64,000 nucleotides of DNA from Candidatus Eiseniibacteriota bacterium (GCA_041946735.1 JBHGAY010000001.1:128001-192000), one strand, 5' to 3'; counted from the stretch's first letter, positions 30,855 to 41,104 are shown. The notes: generated by a model from the sequence alone, not told the origin. Made by a program: numbers and translations.

Positions 30855-31418
30855 ATGGACAGGGCGGACGACAGAGAGGCGAGCCCCGCAGGGCCTCCGC
30901 GGATCCCGCGACTCGGGGTCGAGCAGGCGCAGGGAGAGACGCGGGCGATCTTCGAGCAGTACCAGAGGGAGCGCGGGAACGTCCCGAACATGTTCCGGAC
31001 GATGGCGCACCGGCCCGAGCTGTTGCGGACGATGATCGCGCACTTCCGCGCCGTGATGGCGCCGGGCGCGGTGGACGTGCGGCTGAAGGAGCTGCTCGCC
31101 GTCGCCGTTTCCGGAATCAATCGCTGCGAGTACTGACTCGCCTCACACTCCGTCCTGGCAGGGCGGGCGGGAGCGAGCGAGGAGGAGATCCGGGCGGCCT
31201 GCGAGGGCCGTTACGAGCGGTTCGGCGATCGGGAGCGGATCGCGCTCGAGTTCGGGGCGGCGGTGACACGCGATGCCCATGGCGTCGGCGACGCGCATTA
31301 CGCGGCGCTCGAGGCGCGATTCGGAATCGAGGAGATCGTCGAGCTGACTGCGGTGATCGGGCTCTTCAACTACTTCAACCGCTTCAACGACGCGCTGCGC
31401 GTCGAACCGACGAAGTGA
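30855..31418 (+). CDS. AhpD/carboxymuconolactone decarboxylase family peroxidase-related protein with in-frame UGA (probable selenocysteine, CxxU)
   Basis: GNVPNMFRTMAHRP...LKELLAVAVSGINRCEY-TGA(31134-31136)-LASH...ERIALEF...EIVELTAVIGLFNYFNRFNDAL. Homology continues in frame through the TGA. Confidence 0.88.
31137..31177 (+). promoter_or_regulatory. putative bacterial SECIS element
   Basis: Hairpin ccgtcct-ggc-agggcgg (31150-31166) with a G-starting loop 20 nt after the UGA; lower stem ctcgc/gcgag. Confidence 0.6.
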
Positions 31419-31428
31419 CGGGAGAGGC

Positions 31429-32040
31429 GTGGCGCGTCTGATCGAGAGGCTGGCCGAGGATCCCCGCGCGTTCACATGGCTGCGCAAGGTCGCCGAGGCG
31501 AACTTCACCGCCGTGCGGCGCGCCGCCGCGGCGGAGCTGCCGCTCGAGCAGCCCGCGCGCGTCCTCGATCTCGGCTGTGGAACCGGCGAGATCGCTCCCT
31601 TCTTCGCGGGACAACGCTACCTCGGGATCGACGTAAGTCCCCGCTACCTGGCCTACGCGCGGCGCCGCTTCCCTCGCCTGGCCTTCTGCGCATCGGACGG
31701 CTCCCGCCTGCCGTTGCGCGACGCGTCGTTCGACTGGGTCTGGATCTTCGGCGTCCTGCACCACATGCCGGACGATCTCGCGCGCGCCGTCCTCACGGAA
31801 GCGGCGCGGGTGCTGGCGGGCGGCGGACGTTTGCTGCTGATCGAGGACAGCCGCGAGGTACCCGGGTGGAACGTCCCCGGGAGGATCGTGCATGCGCTCG
31901 ACGCGGGAGAGAACATCCGCAGGCAGGAGGAGTACGAATCGCTGCTGCCGGCCGGCGCATTCGATCTGGCGAAGCGGTTCTCGTTCACGAGCGGCATCTG
32001 CGTCTACCACGCGTTCCATCTGATCCGCAAGAGCGGATAG
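31429..32040 (+). CDS. class I SAM-dependent methyltransferase
   Basis: VLDLGCGTG, LPLRDASFD, VLHHM. Confidence 0.9.
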   Translation: MARLIERLAEDPRAFTWLRKVAEANFTAVRRAAAAELPLEQPARVLDLGCGTGEIAPFFAGQRYLGIDVSPRYLAYARRRFPRLAFCASDGSRLPLRDASFDWVWIFGVLHHMPDDLARAVLTEAARVLAGGGRLLLIEDSREVPGWNVPGRIVHALDAGENIRRQEEYESLLPAGAFDLAKRFSFTSGICVYHAFHLIRKSG

Positions 32041-32084
32041 GGCGGCGCGCGCTCCTCCCCTGCTGCGCGGCGCCGTTCCTCCCC

Positions 32085-33929
32085 TCAGACGCGGCGCTGC
32101 TCGTAGAGCGCCGCGAGCGCCTCGGCGTACTCGGCCTCCAGCTCGGGCCTGCGGATCTTCAGCGTCGGCGTCATCGTCCCGCTCTCGAGCGAAGGCGGCT
32201 CGCGCATCAGCGCGAACGCGCGGATCCTTTCGTGCGCAGCGAGGTCCGCGCTGCAGCGATCGATCTCGCGCCGCAGCAGGGCGCGTAGCTCCGGATCGGG
32301 GTGCAGCGGCGAGGAGACGGCGCGCGCGTGGTCGAGCGCGCGAGGGCCGAGCTGCGTGGCGAGAGCTTCCCAGTCCGGAAGGATCAGAGCGACCAGGTAG
32401 GGACGGCGGTCTCCGAAGACGGCCGCTTCGGCGATGAGAGGGCTGCGGCGGAGGCGATCCTCGATCGTCTGCGGCGCGATGTTCTTTCCGCCCGAGGTGA
32501 CGATCAGATCCTTCTTCCGCCCGGTGATCCAGAGGAAGGAGTCGTCGTCGAGGCGTCCGAGATCGCCGGTGTGGAGCCACCCGTCACGGAGCGCCCCTTC
32601 GGACTCCGCCGGGAGATTGTGATAGGACGGCATGACGCTCGGACTGCGCACGAGGATCTCGCCATCCTCGGCGATGCGCACCTCGAGTCCCGGCAGCGGC
32701 CGCCCCACGCTGCCCACCCGCCAGGCGCCGAAAGTGTTCACAGAAACGACCGGCCCCGCCTCGGTGAGCCCATACCCCTCGAGCATCGGCAGGCCGATGC
32801 CGCAGAACCAGAGCGCATCGGCCGTGGAGAGAGGCGCGCTGCCGCTCACCACGTAGCGAAGGCGCCCGCCGAAGCGATCGCGGATCGGCTTCCAGACGAG
32901 ACGGTCGAAGAAGCGATCGAGGCCGCGCGGCGGAATCGTCGGCGACGATCCGTCGCCGTGGATCGCAAGCGAAGGCCCGGCGCGGCCGCGGCGGATTGCG
33001 GCGCTCTCTGCCGCGCCATAGAGCCGCGAGGCGAGGGGGCCGCGCTGGCGGGCGTTCGCGCGCGCGGCGGCGCGGATCCTCTCGTAGAAGCGCGGCACTC
33101 CGAGCAGCAGGGTCGGGCGCACCTGGGCCGCGTCGCGCGCCACCGTGTCGATGCCGCGCGCGTAGCCGATCGGCGTGCCGCCCGCGATCAGCGCGTAGCT
33201 GACCGTCCTCTCGAGGATGTGCGCGAGCGGAAGGAGGGACAGGTAGCGGTCCGACGGCAGGAAGCGGAGCGTGCGATGGATCATCCGGACGTTGGAGAGC
33301 AGGTTCTCGTGCGTGAGGACGACTCCCTTCGGGGTGGCGCTCGTCCCGGAGGTGTAGAGGATGGTCGCAGGATCGCTGCCGCGGATCGAGGAGCGGATCG
33401 CTTCGAACGTCTCCCGTTCCGCCGGCTCGATCGTCTCCTCCATCCCGATGCGTGGCGCGAGCGAGAGGACGGTGGCCGGGATGGCCGGTCCCGCGGGCGC
33501 CTCGCCCTCCAGGAGGAACGCGGTCTCGATCTCGTGCGGGATGCCGGTCGAGGCGCGGAGAAGCCGCGCGAGCTGCTCGGGGCGGGTGACGATCGCGGCG
33601 CGCGGCGTCGAATCGGCGAGAGGGATCGCGAGCTGCGAGGCGGGCAGGTTCGGATAGACCGGAACTGTCCAGGCGCCGCAGGAGAGGATGGCCAGATCGC
33701 TGATCATCCACTCGTAGCGCGTCTCCATCATGAGCAGCACCCGGTCGGACGGTCGAACGCCGGAGGCGCGCAGCGCGCTCGCCACGCGCTCCACCGCGTT
33801 CCAGAAACGCTGATAGGAGATCGGGCGGAAGCGATCCTCGCGCGGGACCAGGAAGCCTGCCGCCGCGGATCGTTCCGCGACTGCGCGGGCGACCATCCCG
33901 GGAAGGCTCGAGGCGTCGAGGGGATTCAT
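32085..33929 (-). CDS. long-chain fatty-acid--CoA ligase (AMP-dependent synthetase)
   Basis: LYTSGTSATPKGV, EGYGLTE, WLHTGDLG, GRKKDLIVTSGGKNIAP; ATG 33929 overlaps the upstream stop. Confidence 0.93.
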   Translation of the reverse strand: MNPLDASSLPGMVARAVAERSAAAGFLVPREDRFRPISYQRFWNAVERVASALRASGVRPSDRVLLMMETRYEWMISDLAILSCGAWTVPVYPNLPASQLAIPLADSTPRAAIVTRPEQLARLLRASTGIPHEIETAFLLEGEAPAGPAIPATVLSLAPRIGMEETIEPAERETFEAIRSSIRGSDPATILYTSGTSATPKGVVLTHENLLSNVRMIHRTLRFLPSDRYLSLLPLAHILERTVSYALIAGGTPIGYARGIDTVARDAAQVRPTLLLGVPRFYERIRAAARANARQRGPLASRLYGAAESAAIRRGRAGPSLAIHGDGSSPTIPPRGLDRFFDRLVWKPIRDRFGGRLRYVVSGSAPLSTADALWFCGIGLPMLEGYGLTEAGPVVSVNTFGAWRVGSVGRPLPGLEVRIAEDGEILVRSPSVMPSYHNLPAESEGALRDGWLHTGDLGRLDDDSFLWITGRKKDLIVTSGGKNIAPQTIEDRLRRSPLIAEAAVFGDRRPYLVALILPDWEALATQLGPRALDHARAVSSPLHPDPELRALLRREIDRCSADLAAHERIRAFALMREPPSLESGTMTPTLKIRRPELEAEYAEALAALYEQRRV

Positions 33930-35164
33930 CGTGAGGAGGGCGCGGCCGCGGGAGGCGAAGGAGGCGCGGAAGCCGCGTCGAGCCAGCCGACGGTGCGGAG
34001 GCGGCCGGAGAGCGCGGCGACGATCGGGTCGGACGGCGCGGGGGCGATCCGGTCGACGGGCGGGGGCGCGACCCGGTCGACGAGCGGGGGCGCGACCGAG
34101 TCGGCAGACGGGGGCGCGACCGGCGCGGTCTCCTGTGCGGCGGCGCGGAGCGGCGGCGACGACAGGATCACGAGGAACGGGTCGCTCGAGCGGGAGGCAT
34201 CGGCGATCAGGATCCATCCGGAGGATCGTCCGCGGTCGCTCGCGAGGCTGTGCAGGACGCGGTCGATGCGGCCATAGACGCGAGGGGCGCTCGAGCGCAG
34301 CCGGTGGAGGAACAGGCGCCGGGCCGCAGCTTCGTCCTCGCTCGTTCCGCGCGAGGTGGGACCCAGCGGAAGCGGCGTCTGTCCAAGCTGCTCCTCTGTC
34401 CAGGGGAGAAGCTCGTCCTCGTAGGCGAGCGCGAGTTCCTGGACGACGAAGATCCTGCGCGCGGTCCCTCCCGCCCCCTCCAGCAGCGCGGCGTTGGCGA
34501 AGAGCTTGTCCGCCGCGTAGGCGCGGCGAATGCGCCAGAGCGGGTCGCCGCCGGTCGCGACACGGGAGGCGAGGGAGCGGCGCTGCTCCGGCGTCATGCT
34601 GAGGAACTCCTCGACCTCCTCCGGGCGCAGGCGCTCCCCGATCCCGGCGAGGTGGCGCATCGTCCGCCAGTCGGTCTCGCCCCGCCATGCGAGCGCGAGC
34701 TCCGCCGAGGGTCGTCCGGCGGGAGTCGTCCACGATTCGGCGTCGCGGAGCGATCCGTCGAGGGAGAGGATCGCGCGCCCGGCGGGGAGCGCTCCCCGCT
34801 CCCCCGCGTCGACGTACGGGACCGGCGCCAGGCGGATGGCGCGGCGCAGCGAGTCGAGCGCCGCGGCCGAGCCGGTATGGCGCAGCGGGTGGAGGGCGCC
34901 GCGGCGCGAAGCGTCCCGGAAGAAGGGCAGCAGGCCGGAATCGGCGAGAGAGCGGACGCGCTCGAGGCGGGCGCCTGGAATCTCGATCCAGACGACGACC
35001 GGGGCGCCGGGCGGCGACGCCGCTCGGCCGGAAGTCGCGACGAGCCCCAGCACGACGCCGAGCGCCACGAGCGCCGGCACGAGCGCGAGCGCGCGTGCGC
35101 GGGCGCGTGCAGGCAGCGCGGGCGGAGAGAGCGCAAGCGGCGTCCGGCGTCTGTAGAGCCTCAT
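33926..35164 (-). CDS. exported hypothetical protein, degenerate alkaline-phosphatase/phosphodiesterase-like fold
   Basis: N-terminal TM; VVVWIEIPGA...SGLLPFF...RRGALHPL; VYGRIDRVL...WILIAD; Pro-rich 8-aa repeats at the C terminus. Confidence 0.55.
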   Translation of the reverse strand: MRLYRRRTPLALSPPALPARARARALALVPALVALGVVLGLVATSGRAASPPGAPVVVWIEIPGARLERVRSLADSGLLPFFRDASRRGALHPLRHTGSAAALDSLRRAIRLAPVPYVDAGERGALPAGRAILSLDGSLRDAESWTTPAGRPSAELALAWRGETDWRTMRHLAGIGERLRPEEVEEFLSMTPEQRRSLASRVATGGDPLWRIRRAYAADKLFANAALLEGAGGTARRIFVVQELALAYEDELLPWTEEQLGQTPLPLGPTSRGTSEDEAAARRLFLHRLRSSAPRVYGRIDRVLHSLASDRGRSSGWILIADASRSSDPFLVILSSPPLRAAAQETAPVAPPSADSVAPPLVDRVAPPPVDRIAPAPSDPIVAALSGRLRTVGWLDAASAPPSPPAAAPSSR

Positions 35165-35356
35165 CGGGGCGTGAGAATACCACGCCCGCGCAGGCGGCGG
35201 GCGGCGGGCCGGCGGGCCGGCGGGCGCGCCGGTTCGCAGGGCGAAGCGGCCATGGACGGAGCGGCCGCGGGCGGGTGGCAAGACGGCGCGCCGGACCGAC
35301 CCGGCGCGTCGCCACGTGGCGTCGCGGGCGGCGCGCTGCGATACTACCGCTCGGCT

Positions 35357-36535
35357 ATGAGTGACCGCCGGGACGAAACGCGTCGAATCCTGCACCTCGT
35401 GACCGATCTCCGGCTCGGGGGCACGCAGCGGATGATCCTCGAGCGGGTGCGCGGGATCGGCGGCTGGGAGCACCACGTGTGGGCGCCGGTGCGGGTCAGC
35501 CGCCACGCGCGGGCGGATCTCGTCGAGGAGCTGCGGGCGGCTGGCGCTCGGGTGCGCTACGGGCGGCGCGGGATGCTCGGTCTCGGCCTCTGGATCGCCG
35601 GCGGGATCGCTCGCGCGCGGCGCCTTCGCTTCGACGTCGTCCACAGCACGCTCTACCACACGCACCTTCTCGCTCCCTGGTTCGCGAACGCGTGCGATGC
35701 CGCCTGGATCCTAGGGAAGGAAAGCACCGACGACTGGATGACCTGCAAGCAGGCGCGGCGCGAGGTGCTGCTGACGCCACGGGTCTCGGCCGTGGCGGCC
35801 GTATCGCGCGCAGCGGCGAAGGCGATGGAGCGGGCGGGGCGGATCGAGGTCCCGGTGCGGATCATCCCCAACGGCATCCCGGACGGGCCGCCCCCTTGGG
35901 GCGTGGCGCCCGAGCCGGACGCGCTCCCGAGAATCGTCTACGTGGGACGCCTCGACCCGGCGAAAGGGCTCGCCGATCTCGTGGAGGCATGCTACCGGCT
36001 GCTGCGCGAGGGGCGCGGCTTGCGTCTGCAGATCCAGGGGGAAGGACCGGCCGATGGGGCGCTGCGAGCGGCGTTCGCGAACCCGCCGTTCGCGGGGCGC
36101 GCGCGCGTGCTGGGGCGCGAGGAGGCGCGAGCGGAGGCCGGCGCAGCAAGCGCAGGCGAAGGGGCGCGGGCGGCGGCCGGCTCGGAGCCGGGAGGCGGTC
36201 CGGCGGTCTTCGTCCTTCCGAGCCACTTCGAGGGGTTCGGCGTCGTCCTGCTCGAAGCGATGCGCCTCTCGCTGCCGATCGTCGCGACGCGCGTCGGGGG
36301 CATTCCGGAAGTCGTCGAGGAAGGCGTGCAGGCGCTCCTCGTGCCGCCGCGTGATCCGCAGGCGCTCGCCGGCGCGATCGGGCGCCTGCTCGACGACGAC
36401 GCGCTGCGGACGCAGCTCGGCGCGGCGGGCCCGGCGCGCGCCGCTCGATTCCCGGCGCACGCGATGTGCGACGCCTATGCCGAGCTTTACGAAGAGGTGC
36501 GCGCCGGCGTGCGGGCGCGGAGGCGACGCGCGTGA
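35357..36535 (+). CDS. GT4 glycosyltransferase
   Basis: LGGTQR, IIPNGI, VGRLDPAKG, EGFGVVLLEAM, VGGIPEV. Confidence 0.92.
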   Translation: MSDRRDETRRILHLVTDLRLGGTQRMILERVRGIGGWEHHVWAPVRVSRHARADLVEELRAAGARVRYGRRGMLGLGLWIAGGIARARRLRFDVVHSTLYHTHLLAPWFANACDAAWILGKESTDDWMTCKQARREVLLTPRVSAVAAVSRAAAKAMERAGRIEVPVRIIPNGIPDGPPPWGVAPEPDALPRIVYVGRLDPAKGLADLVEACYRLLREGRGLRLQIQGEGPADGALRAAFANPPFAGRARVLGREEARAEAGAASAGEGARAAAGSEPGGGPAVFVLPSHFEGFGVVLLEAMRLSLPIVATRVGGIPEVVEEGVQALLVPPRDPQALAGAIGRLLDDDALRTQLGAAGPARAARFPAHAMCDAYAELYEEVRAGVRARRRRA

Positions 36536-37734
36536 GGGCGGCGCAGATCATCACTCGCAGGATCGTGGGAGGCGCGCAGCGGATCGCGCTCGAGACGGCG
36601 GCGGCGCTGCGCGCGCGCGGAGACGAATGCGAGATCTGGTGCGGCCCGCAGACCGGCCCGGAAGGGGATCTCGGCGGCGAGGCGCGAGAGAGGGGCGTGC
36701 CGCTGCGGATCGTCCCCGACCTGGTTCGCGAGGTCGATCCGGCGCGCGACCTGCGCGCGCGAAGCTGGCTGCTGCGCGAGATGCGCGACGGCGGCTTCGA
36801 CGTCGTCCACACGCACAGCAGCAAGGCCGGCATCCTCGGACGCCGGGCGGCGCACGAGGCGCGCAAGCGTCCGGCCGCAGGCGTCCCCGCGCCGCGCGCC
36901 ATCCTGCACACCGTCCATGGATGGGGATGGTCGGACCGTACGGCGCCTGCGGCGCGCGTCCTCTTCGCCGCCCTCGAACGCGCCGCTTTCGGATGGGCCG
37001 ATCGCGTCGTCGCGGTCTCGGAGCGCGTCCGCGAGGAAGGATTGCGGCAGGGAATCGGGCGGGAGGAGCCGGATCGCTACCGCGTGATCCTTCCCGGGAT
37101 CGACACGGCGCCGTTCCGCGCGCTCCTCGATGCGGAGGCGGCGGCGAGCGTCCGCGCGAGGTCACGCGAGGCGTTGGACATTCCCGCCGATGCGGTCGTC
37201 GCCGGGACGGTCGGGCGCCTTTCCTCGCAGAAGAACCCAGAAGCGATCCTCGCCCTCGCGGCGCGATTCCCGGATCTGCACCTTCTGCTGATCGGCGACG
37301 GCCCGCTGCGAGCGAACCTCGAGCGGACGATCGCGCAGCGCGGATGGAGCGCGCGCGTGCGCATGCCGGGCATCCGCACGGACGTCGCCGCCTGCCTGGC
37401 GGCGCTCGATCTCTTCGTGCTCCCGTCGTTGTGGGAAGGGCTGCCTCTCACGATCCTCGAGGCGCGCTGCGCCGGGCTTCCGGTGATCGCGTCCGGCGTC
37501 GGAGGGGTTTCGGAAGCGATGCCGGAGCCGGCGGCGGGATGGATCGTCCCGCCCGGCGATGCGGGCGCGCTCGAGCGCGCGGTGGCCGACTGGTTCGGAC
37601 GCCGGAGGGAGGCTCGAGAGGCGGCGCTCGCCGGACGTTTCGACGTCCTTCAGAAGGGATCGCGGTCGCGAATGCTGGAGGAGATCCTCTCGCTCTACGA
37701 CTCGCTCCTCGGCTCTCCCCCTCTTGCTCGCTGA
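36532..37734 (+). CDS. GT4 glycosyltransferase
   Basis: GTG overlapping the previous TGA; VGGAQ, VHTHSSKAGILGR, VGRLSSQK, WEGLPLTILEA. Confidence 0.92.
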   Translation: MRAAQIITRRIVGGAQRIALETAAALRARGDECEIWCGPQTGPEGDLGGEARERGVPLRIVPDLVREVDPARDLRARSWLLREMRDGGFDVVHTHSSKAGILGRRAAHEARKRPAAGVPAPRAILHTVHGWGWSDRTAPAARVLFAALERAAFGWADRVVAVSERVREEGLRQGIGREEPDRYRVILPGIDTAPFRALLDAEAAASVRARSREALDIPADAVVAGTVGRLSSQKNPEAILALAARFPDLHLLLIGDGPLRANLERTIAQRGWSARVRMPGIRTDVAACLAALDLFVLPSLWEGLPLTILEARCAGLPVIASGVGGVSEAMPEPAAGWIVPPGDAGALERAVADWFGRRREAREAALAGRFDVLQKGSRSRMLEEILSLYDSLLGSPPLAR

Positions 37735-37765
37735 GCCCCCCGCACGGCGCCCGTCGAAGAACGCC

Positions 37766-37796
37766 TTGGACCTTTCCCCCCCTGCCACCCTAGAAT
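37766..37796 (+). promoter_or_regulatory. possible sigma70 promoter for glutamate dehydrogenase
   Basis: TTGGAC...TAGAAT with a 19-nt spacer. Confidence 0.4.
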
Positions 37797-37914
37797 CGCA
37801 CCTTGATCCGCGGCCAGGAGGGGCCGGGCGCCTCCCGCCCGGCTTTCGTGTGACCGTCATTCAGGGCTCGAATCGTGGGCCCACAACCGGGCGTCCGCTC
37901 CGGAGGTCCTGCCC

Positions 37915-39189
37915 ATGCGAGGAACGTTCGACCGCACCTCGGCTTTCGAGAACGCGCTGCGCCAGTTCGACCGCGCCGCGGGGATTCTCAAGCTCACGAA
38001 CAACCAGATCGCCGTCATCAAGGAGCCTCGCCGGGTGACCGAGGTCCGGCTCCCGGTGCAGATGGACGACGGCACGGTCGAGGTGTTCACCGGCTATCGG
38101 GTGCAGCACAACGTCGCGCGCGGGCCGGCCAAGGGCGGCGTCCGCTTTCACCCGAACGTCACGCTCGACGAGGTGAAGGCGCTCGCGTTCTGGATGACGT
38201 ACAAGTGCGCGGTCGTGAACATTCCGATGGGAGGCGGCAAGGGGGGCGTCGTCGTCGATCCGCGGAAGCACTCCCAGGCCGAAATGGAGCGCCTGTCGCG
38301 CCGCTACTTCGCGGAGATGATCGACCTGTTCGGAGCGGGCAAAGACATTCCGGCTCCCGACGTGAACACCGGGCCGCAAGTGATGGCCTGGTTCATGGAC
38401 ACCTACTCGATGCACCAACAGGCGTTCGTCCCGGAGGTCGTGACCGGAAAGCCGATCGAGCTGGGCGGATCGCTCGGCCGCGAGACGGCGACCGCCGACG
38501 GCGTGGCGATCTGCATCCGGGAGGCCGCGCGCCACCGGAAGATCGACCTGGGCGGCGCGCGGGTCGTCGTGCAGGGCTTCGGAAACGTCGGCGGCTACAC
38601 GGCGCTGAATCTTCATCGCGAGGGATGCCGGATCGTCGGCATCGCCGACGAGTCGGGGGCCTATGTCAACGAGGACGGCATCGACGTCGCGAAGTTCCAC
38701 GAGTTCGCCAAAGTCCACAAGGTCCTGCGCGGGATCGAGAAGATGGTGCCGGGCGTGCGGGTGCTCGACGATCCGCAAGCGATCCTCGAGTGGGACACCG
38801 AGATCCTGGTGCCCGCCGCGCTGGAGAATCAGATCGACGCCGAGAATGCTCCTCGCATCCGGGCGAAGCTGATCGCCGAGGGGGCGAACGGTCCCTTGAC
38901 GACCGAGGCGGACGACATCCTCGAACGCAAGGGAGTCTTCGTGATTCCCGACATCCTCTGCAACGCCGGGGGCGTCACCGTCTCCTATCTCGAGTGGGTC
39001 CAGAACCGCATGGGGTACTACTGGTCGGCCCGCCGCGTCTACGAGGATCTCGAGGAGATCATGGTTTCGGCTTTCCGCACCGTTCTCGAGACGAGCCTCG
39101 AGTTCGGCGTGAACCTGCGGGTCGCCGCGTTCATCGTCGCGATCAAGAGGGTGACCCAGGCGGCGGAGCTCCGGGGCCTCTACGCCTGA
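37915..39189 (+). CDS. gdhA: Glu/Leu/Phe/Val dehydrogenase (glutamate dehydrogenase)
   Basis: GPAKGGVRFHP, GGGKGG, DIPAPDVNT, VQGFGNVG, EGANGP, NAGGVTVSYLEW. Confidence 0.93.
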   Translation: MRGTFDRTSAFENALRQFDRAAGILKLTNNQIAVIKEPRRVTEVRLPVQMDDGTVEVFTGYRVQHNVARGPAKGGVRFHPNVTLDEVKALAFWMTYKCAVVNIPMGGGKGGVVVDPRKHSQAEMERLSRRYFAEMIDLFGAGKDIPAPDVNTGPQVMAWFMDTYSMHQQAFVPEVVTGKPIELGGSLGRETATADGVAICIREAARHRKIDLGGARVVVQGFGNVGGYTALNLHREGCRIVGIADESGAYVNEDGIDVAKFHEFAKVHKVLRGIEKMVPGVRVLDDPQAILEWDTEILVPAALENQIDAENAPRIRAKLIAEGANGPLTTEADDILERKGVFVIPDILCNAGGVTVSYLEWVQNRMGYYWSARRVYEDLEEIMVSAFRTVLETSLEFGVNLRVAAFIVAIKRVTQAAELRGLYA

Positions 39190-39197
39190 TCCGGGAC

Positions 39198-40376
39198 TCA
39201 GAAGACCGGATAGTCCTCGATCGGCTGCCACGCCCAGTGGAACTCGACGCGCCGCTCCGGGCGGCTCGCATGCTGCTCCGAGATCTGGACCTTCGCATAG
39301 TGGCCGTCCGCCGTGAGGATCGCGTAGACGTGGCCGACCGCGACCGGAACCTCGAGAAGAAACGGAGCGTCCAGCGGCGCGGCGATGGACCACTCGCTGC
39401 CCGCATCCTGGATGCGCGTGACGCGCGAGGCCCAGCGCGGATCGCGGTACTCCAGCAGGCTCGGGCTCTTCAAACGGAGCGACCCTGCGCCATCCTGGGG
39501 GTCGGACGTCCCGAGATAGAAATCAATCGAGTCGGGCATGGCGGGATCGGCGAGACGGACGATGCCGCCCGGCAGGCGGACGCCGAAAAGCCCCCGGCGA
39601 CTGCCCGCCTCGTATAGAGGCCCGGTCCCGAAGCCATCGAGCCTCGCGGCGGTCTCGATCGAAGGGCCGCTCGCCGACCGCTCCACCACCCCCTGATAAT
39701 CGCGCCGCGAGCGGATCGTGAAGAAGAGCGCGCGCCCGAGCGGAACCGGAGAGACGCGCTGCTGCAGCCGCTGCAGCGGCACCGGAGTGATCGAGTAGCG
39801 GGACAGGCTGTCCATGGGAAGCCCCGAGAGATCGTGGTCGGCCAGGAACAGCTCGTAGCCGGACCACGACTCGACCCCCTCGTCGTTGCTCGCCCCCCAG
39901 GAGAGATCGATCACGCTCTCGCCGTTCACCGCATGGATCGACTCGGGAGGCGCGACGGTCGCGATCGCGACGGGCAGCGTCGCGGTCGCGGTGTCCTCGA
40001 AGTCCGTCACCCAGACCTGGAGCGTCTGAGGAACCACGGCGACCGGAGTTCGCCACGTCACGGTCGGCAGCACCTTCCCCCGAGGGAAGCTGCCATCCGT
40101 CGCCATCCACCAGTACTTCAGCTCGTCCGCGTCGTCGCGATCCCGTGCCCGGCACGACGCCAACACCTCCTCGGCGGCGAGCACGTGATCCTGGAGGATC
40201 TTCACCTCCTGGATCTCGGGGGCGTGGTTGCGAAAGCCCGGGGTGGTCGAGGTCCCCTGTTTGTCGCAGGCGGAAAGCAGGGCGATCACCAAAGCGAGCG
40301 AGGCGGCGCACGCGAGAGCGCCGGCGAAGGAACGGCCGGGCCTCATAAGAGAGATCAGCAGATCGGTCCGCTCCAT
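39198..40376 (-). CDS. hypothetical lipoprotein with Ig/FN3-like domains
   Basis: Lipobox LLSAC; NHAPEI Ig-like start; LSWGAS...SGYELF FN3-like; C-terminal YAILTADGHYAKVQI. Confidence 0.75.
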   Translation of the reverse strand: MERTDLLISLMRPGRSFAGALACAASLALVIALLSACDKQGTSTTPGFRNHAPEIQEVKILQDHVLAAEEVLASCRARDRDDADELKYWWMATDGSFPRGKVLPTVTWRTPVAVVPQTLQVWVTDFEDTATATLPVAIATVAPPESIHAVNGESVIDLSWGASNDEGVESWSGYELFLADHDLSGLPMDSLSRYSITPVPLQRLQQRVSPVPLGRALFFTIRSRRDYQGVVERSASGPSIETAARLDGFGTGPLYEAGSRRGLFGVRLPGGIVRLADPAMPDSIDFYLGTSDPQDGAGSLRLKSPSLLEYRDPRWASRVTRIQDAGSEWSIAAPLDAPFLLEVPVAVGHVYAILTADGHYAKVQISEQHASRPERRVEFHWAWQPIEDYPVF

Positions 40377-40500
40377 GGCGCACCCCTCGCGCGTCCACCC
40401 CGGCGCACTCCGAGTATGCAGGGGAGCTGCCGGCCAGGCCAAGGGGAGATCCTTGCTCGTGGGCCGTGGGGAGGAGAGAACGCCGAAGCCCGACCGGAGT

Positions 40501-41028
40501 CTAGGCGGGAGGCGGCGGGAGGCGCATCTCCTTCGCGAACACCTTCTGCTCCTTCGACTCGGTGTAGCCGAACTTCTCGTAGAAGCGGTGCGCGTCGGTC
40601 CGGCTCACCCGCGACCGGATCCGTATCGATCGGATCCCCTGCCCCCCGGCCCACGCTTCGGCGGTCTCGAGCAGGCTCCGACCCACGCCGCGTCCGCGGA
40701 ACAGAGCGGACACCACGAGCCCGCCGATCTCCACGAAGGCGGACGATTCGAGCCGCAGGGATACGAAGGCGTGGATCCAGCCGACTGGGGTGCCGTCGAA
40801 CGAAGGGGAGCGGGGCGGCGGGCCGCCCTCGCCGCTCGCGCCCTCTGGCGATGGGTTGGGAGCGTGTACGGCGACCCATGCCCGGTGCCCGGGTTCGCGC
40901 AGGATCCTGCGGATCCGCTCTTCTGCCTGCTCCGGCGTCGACGGGTAGCCGAGCTCTCCGGATAGACAGGCGACGGCGGCGGCATCCTCGATCCGGACCG
41001 GACGGGTCCAAGCGGATTCGTCGCGCAT
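40501..41028 (-). CDS. GNAT family N-acetyltransferase
   Basis: LVVSALFRGRGVGRSLL, AHRFYEKFGY. Confidence 0.9.
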   Translation of the reverse strand: MRDESAWTRPVRIEDAAAVACLSGELGYPSTPEQAEERIRRILREPGHRAWVAVHAPNPSPEGASGEGGPPPRSPSFDGTPVGWIHAFVSLRLESSAFVEIGGLVVSALFRGRGVGRSLLETAEAWAGGQGIRSIRIRSRVSRTDAHRFYEKFGYTESKEQKVFAKEMRLPPPPA

Positions 41029-41104
41029 CGCGCCTCCCGCATCGCGGAGCGGCCCTCCGCCGCCTCGTTGCCTGCAGCTCTACGCTTCCGTCGTGCGGCG
41101 AGCC

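Noticed and set aside
30849..31136. Stand-alone 95-aa ORF or simple pseudogene
   Set aside because: Homology continues in frame past a TGA located at the catalytic Cys position, so recoding is the better explanation.
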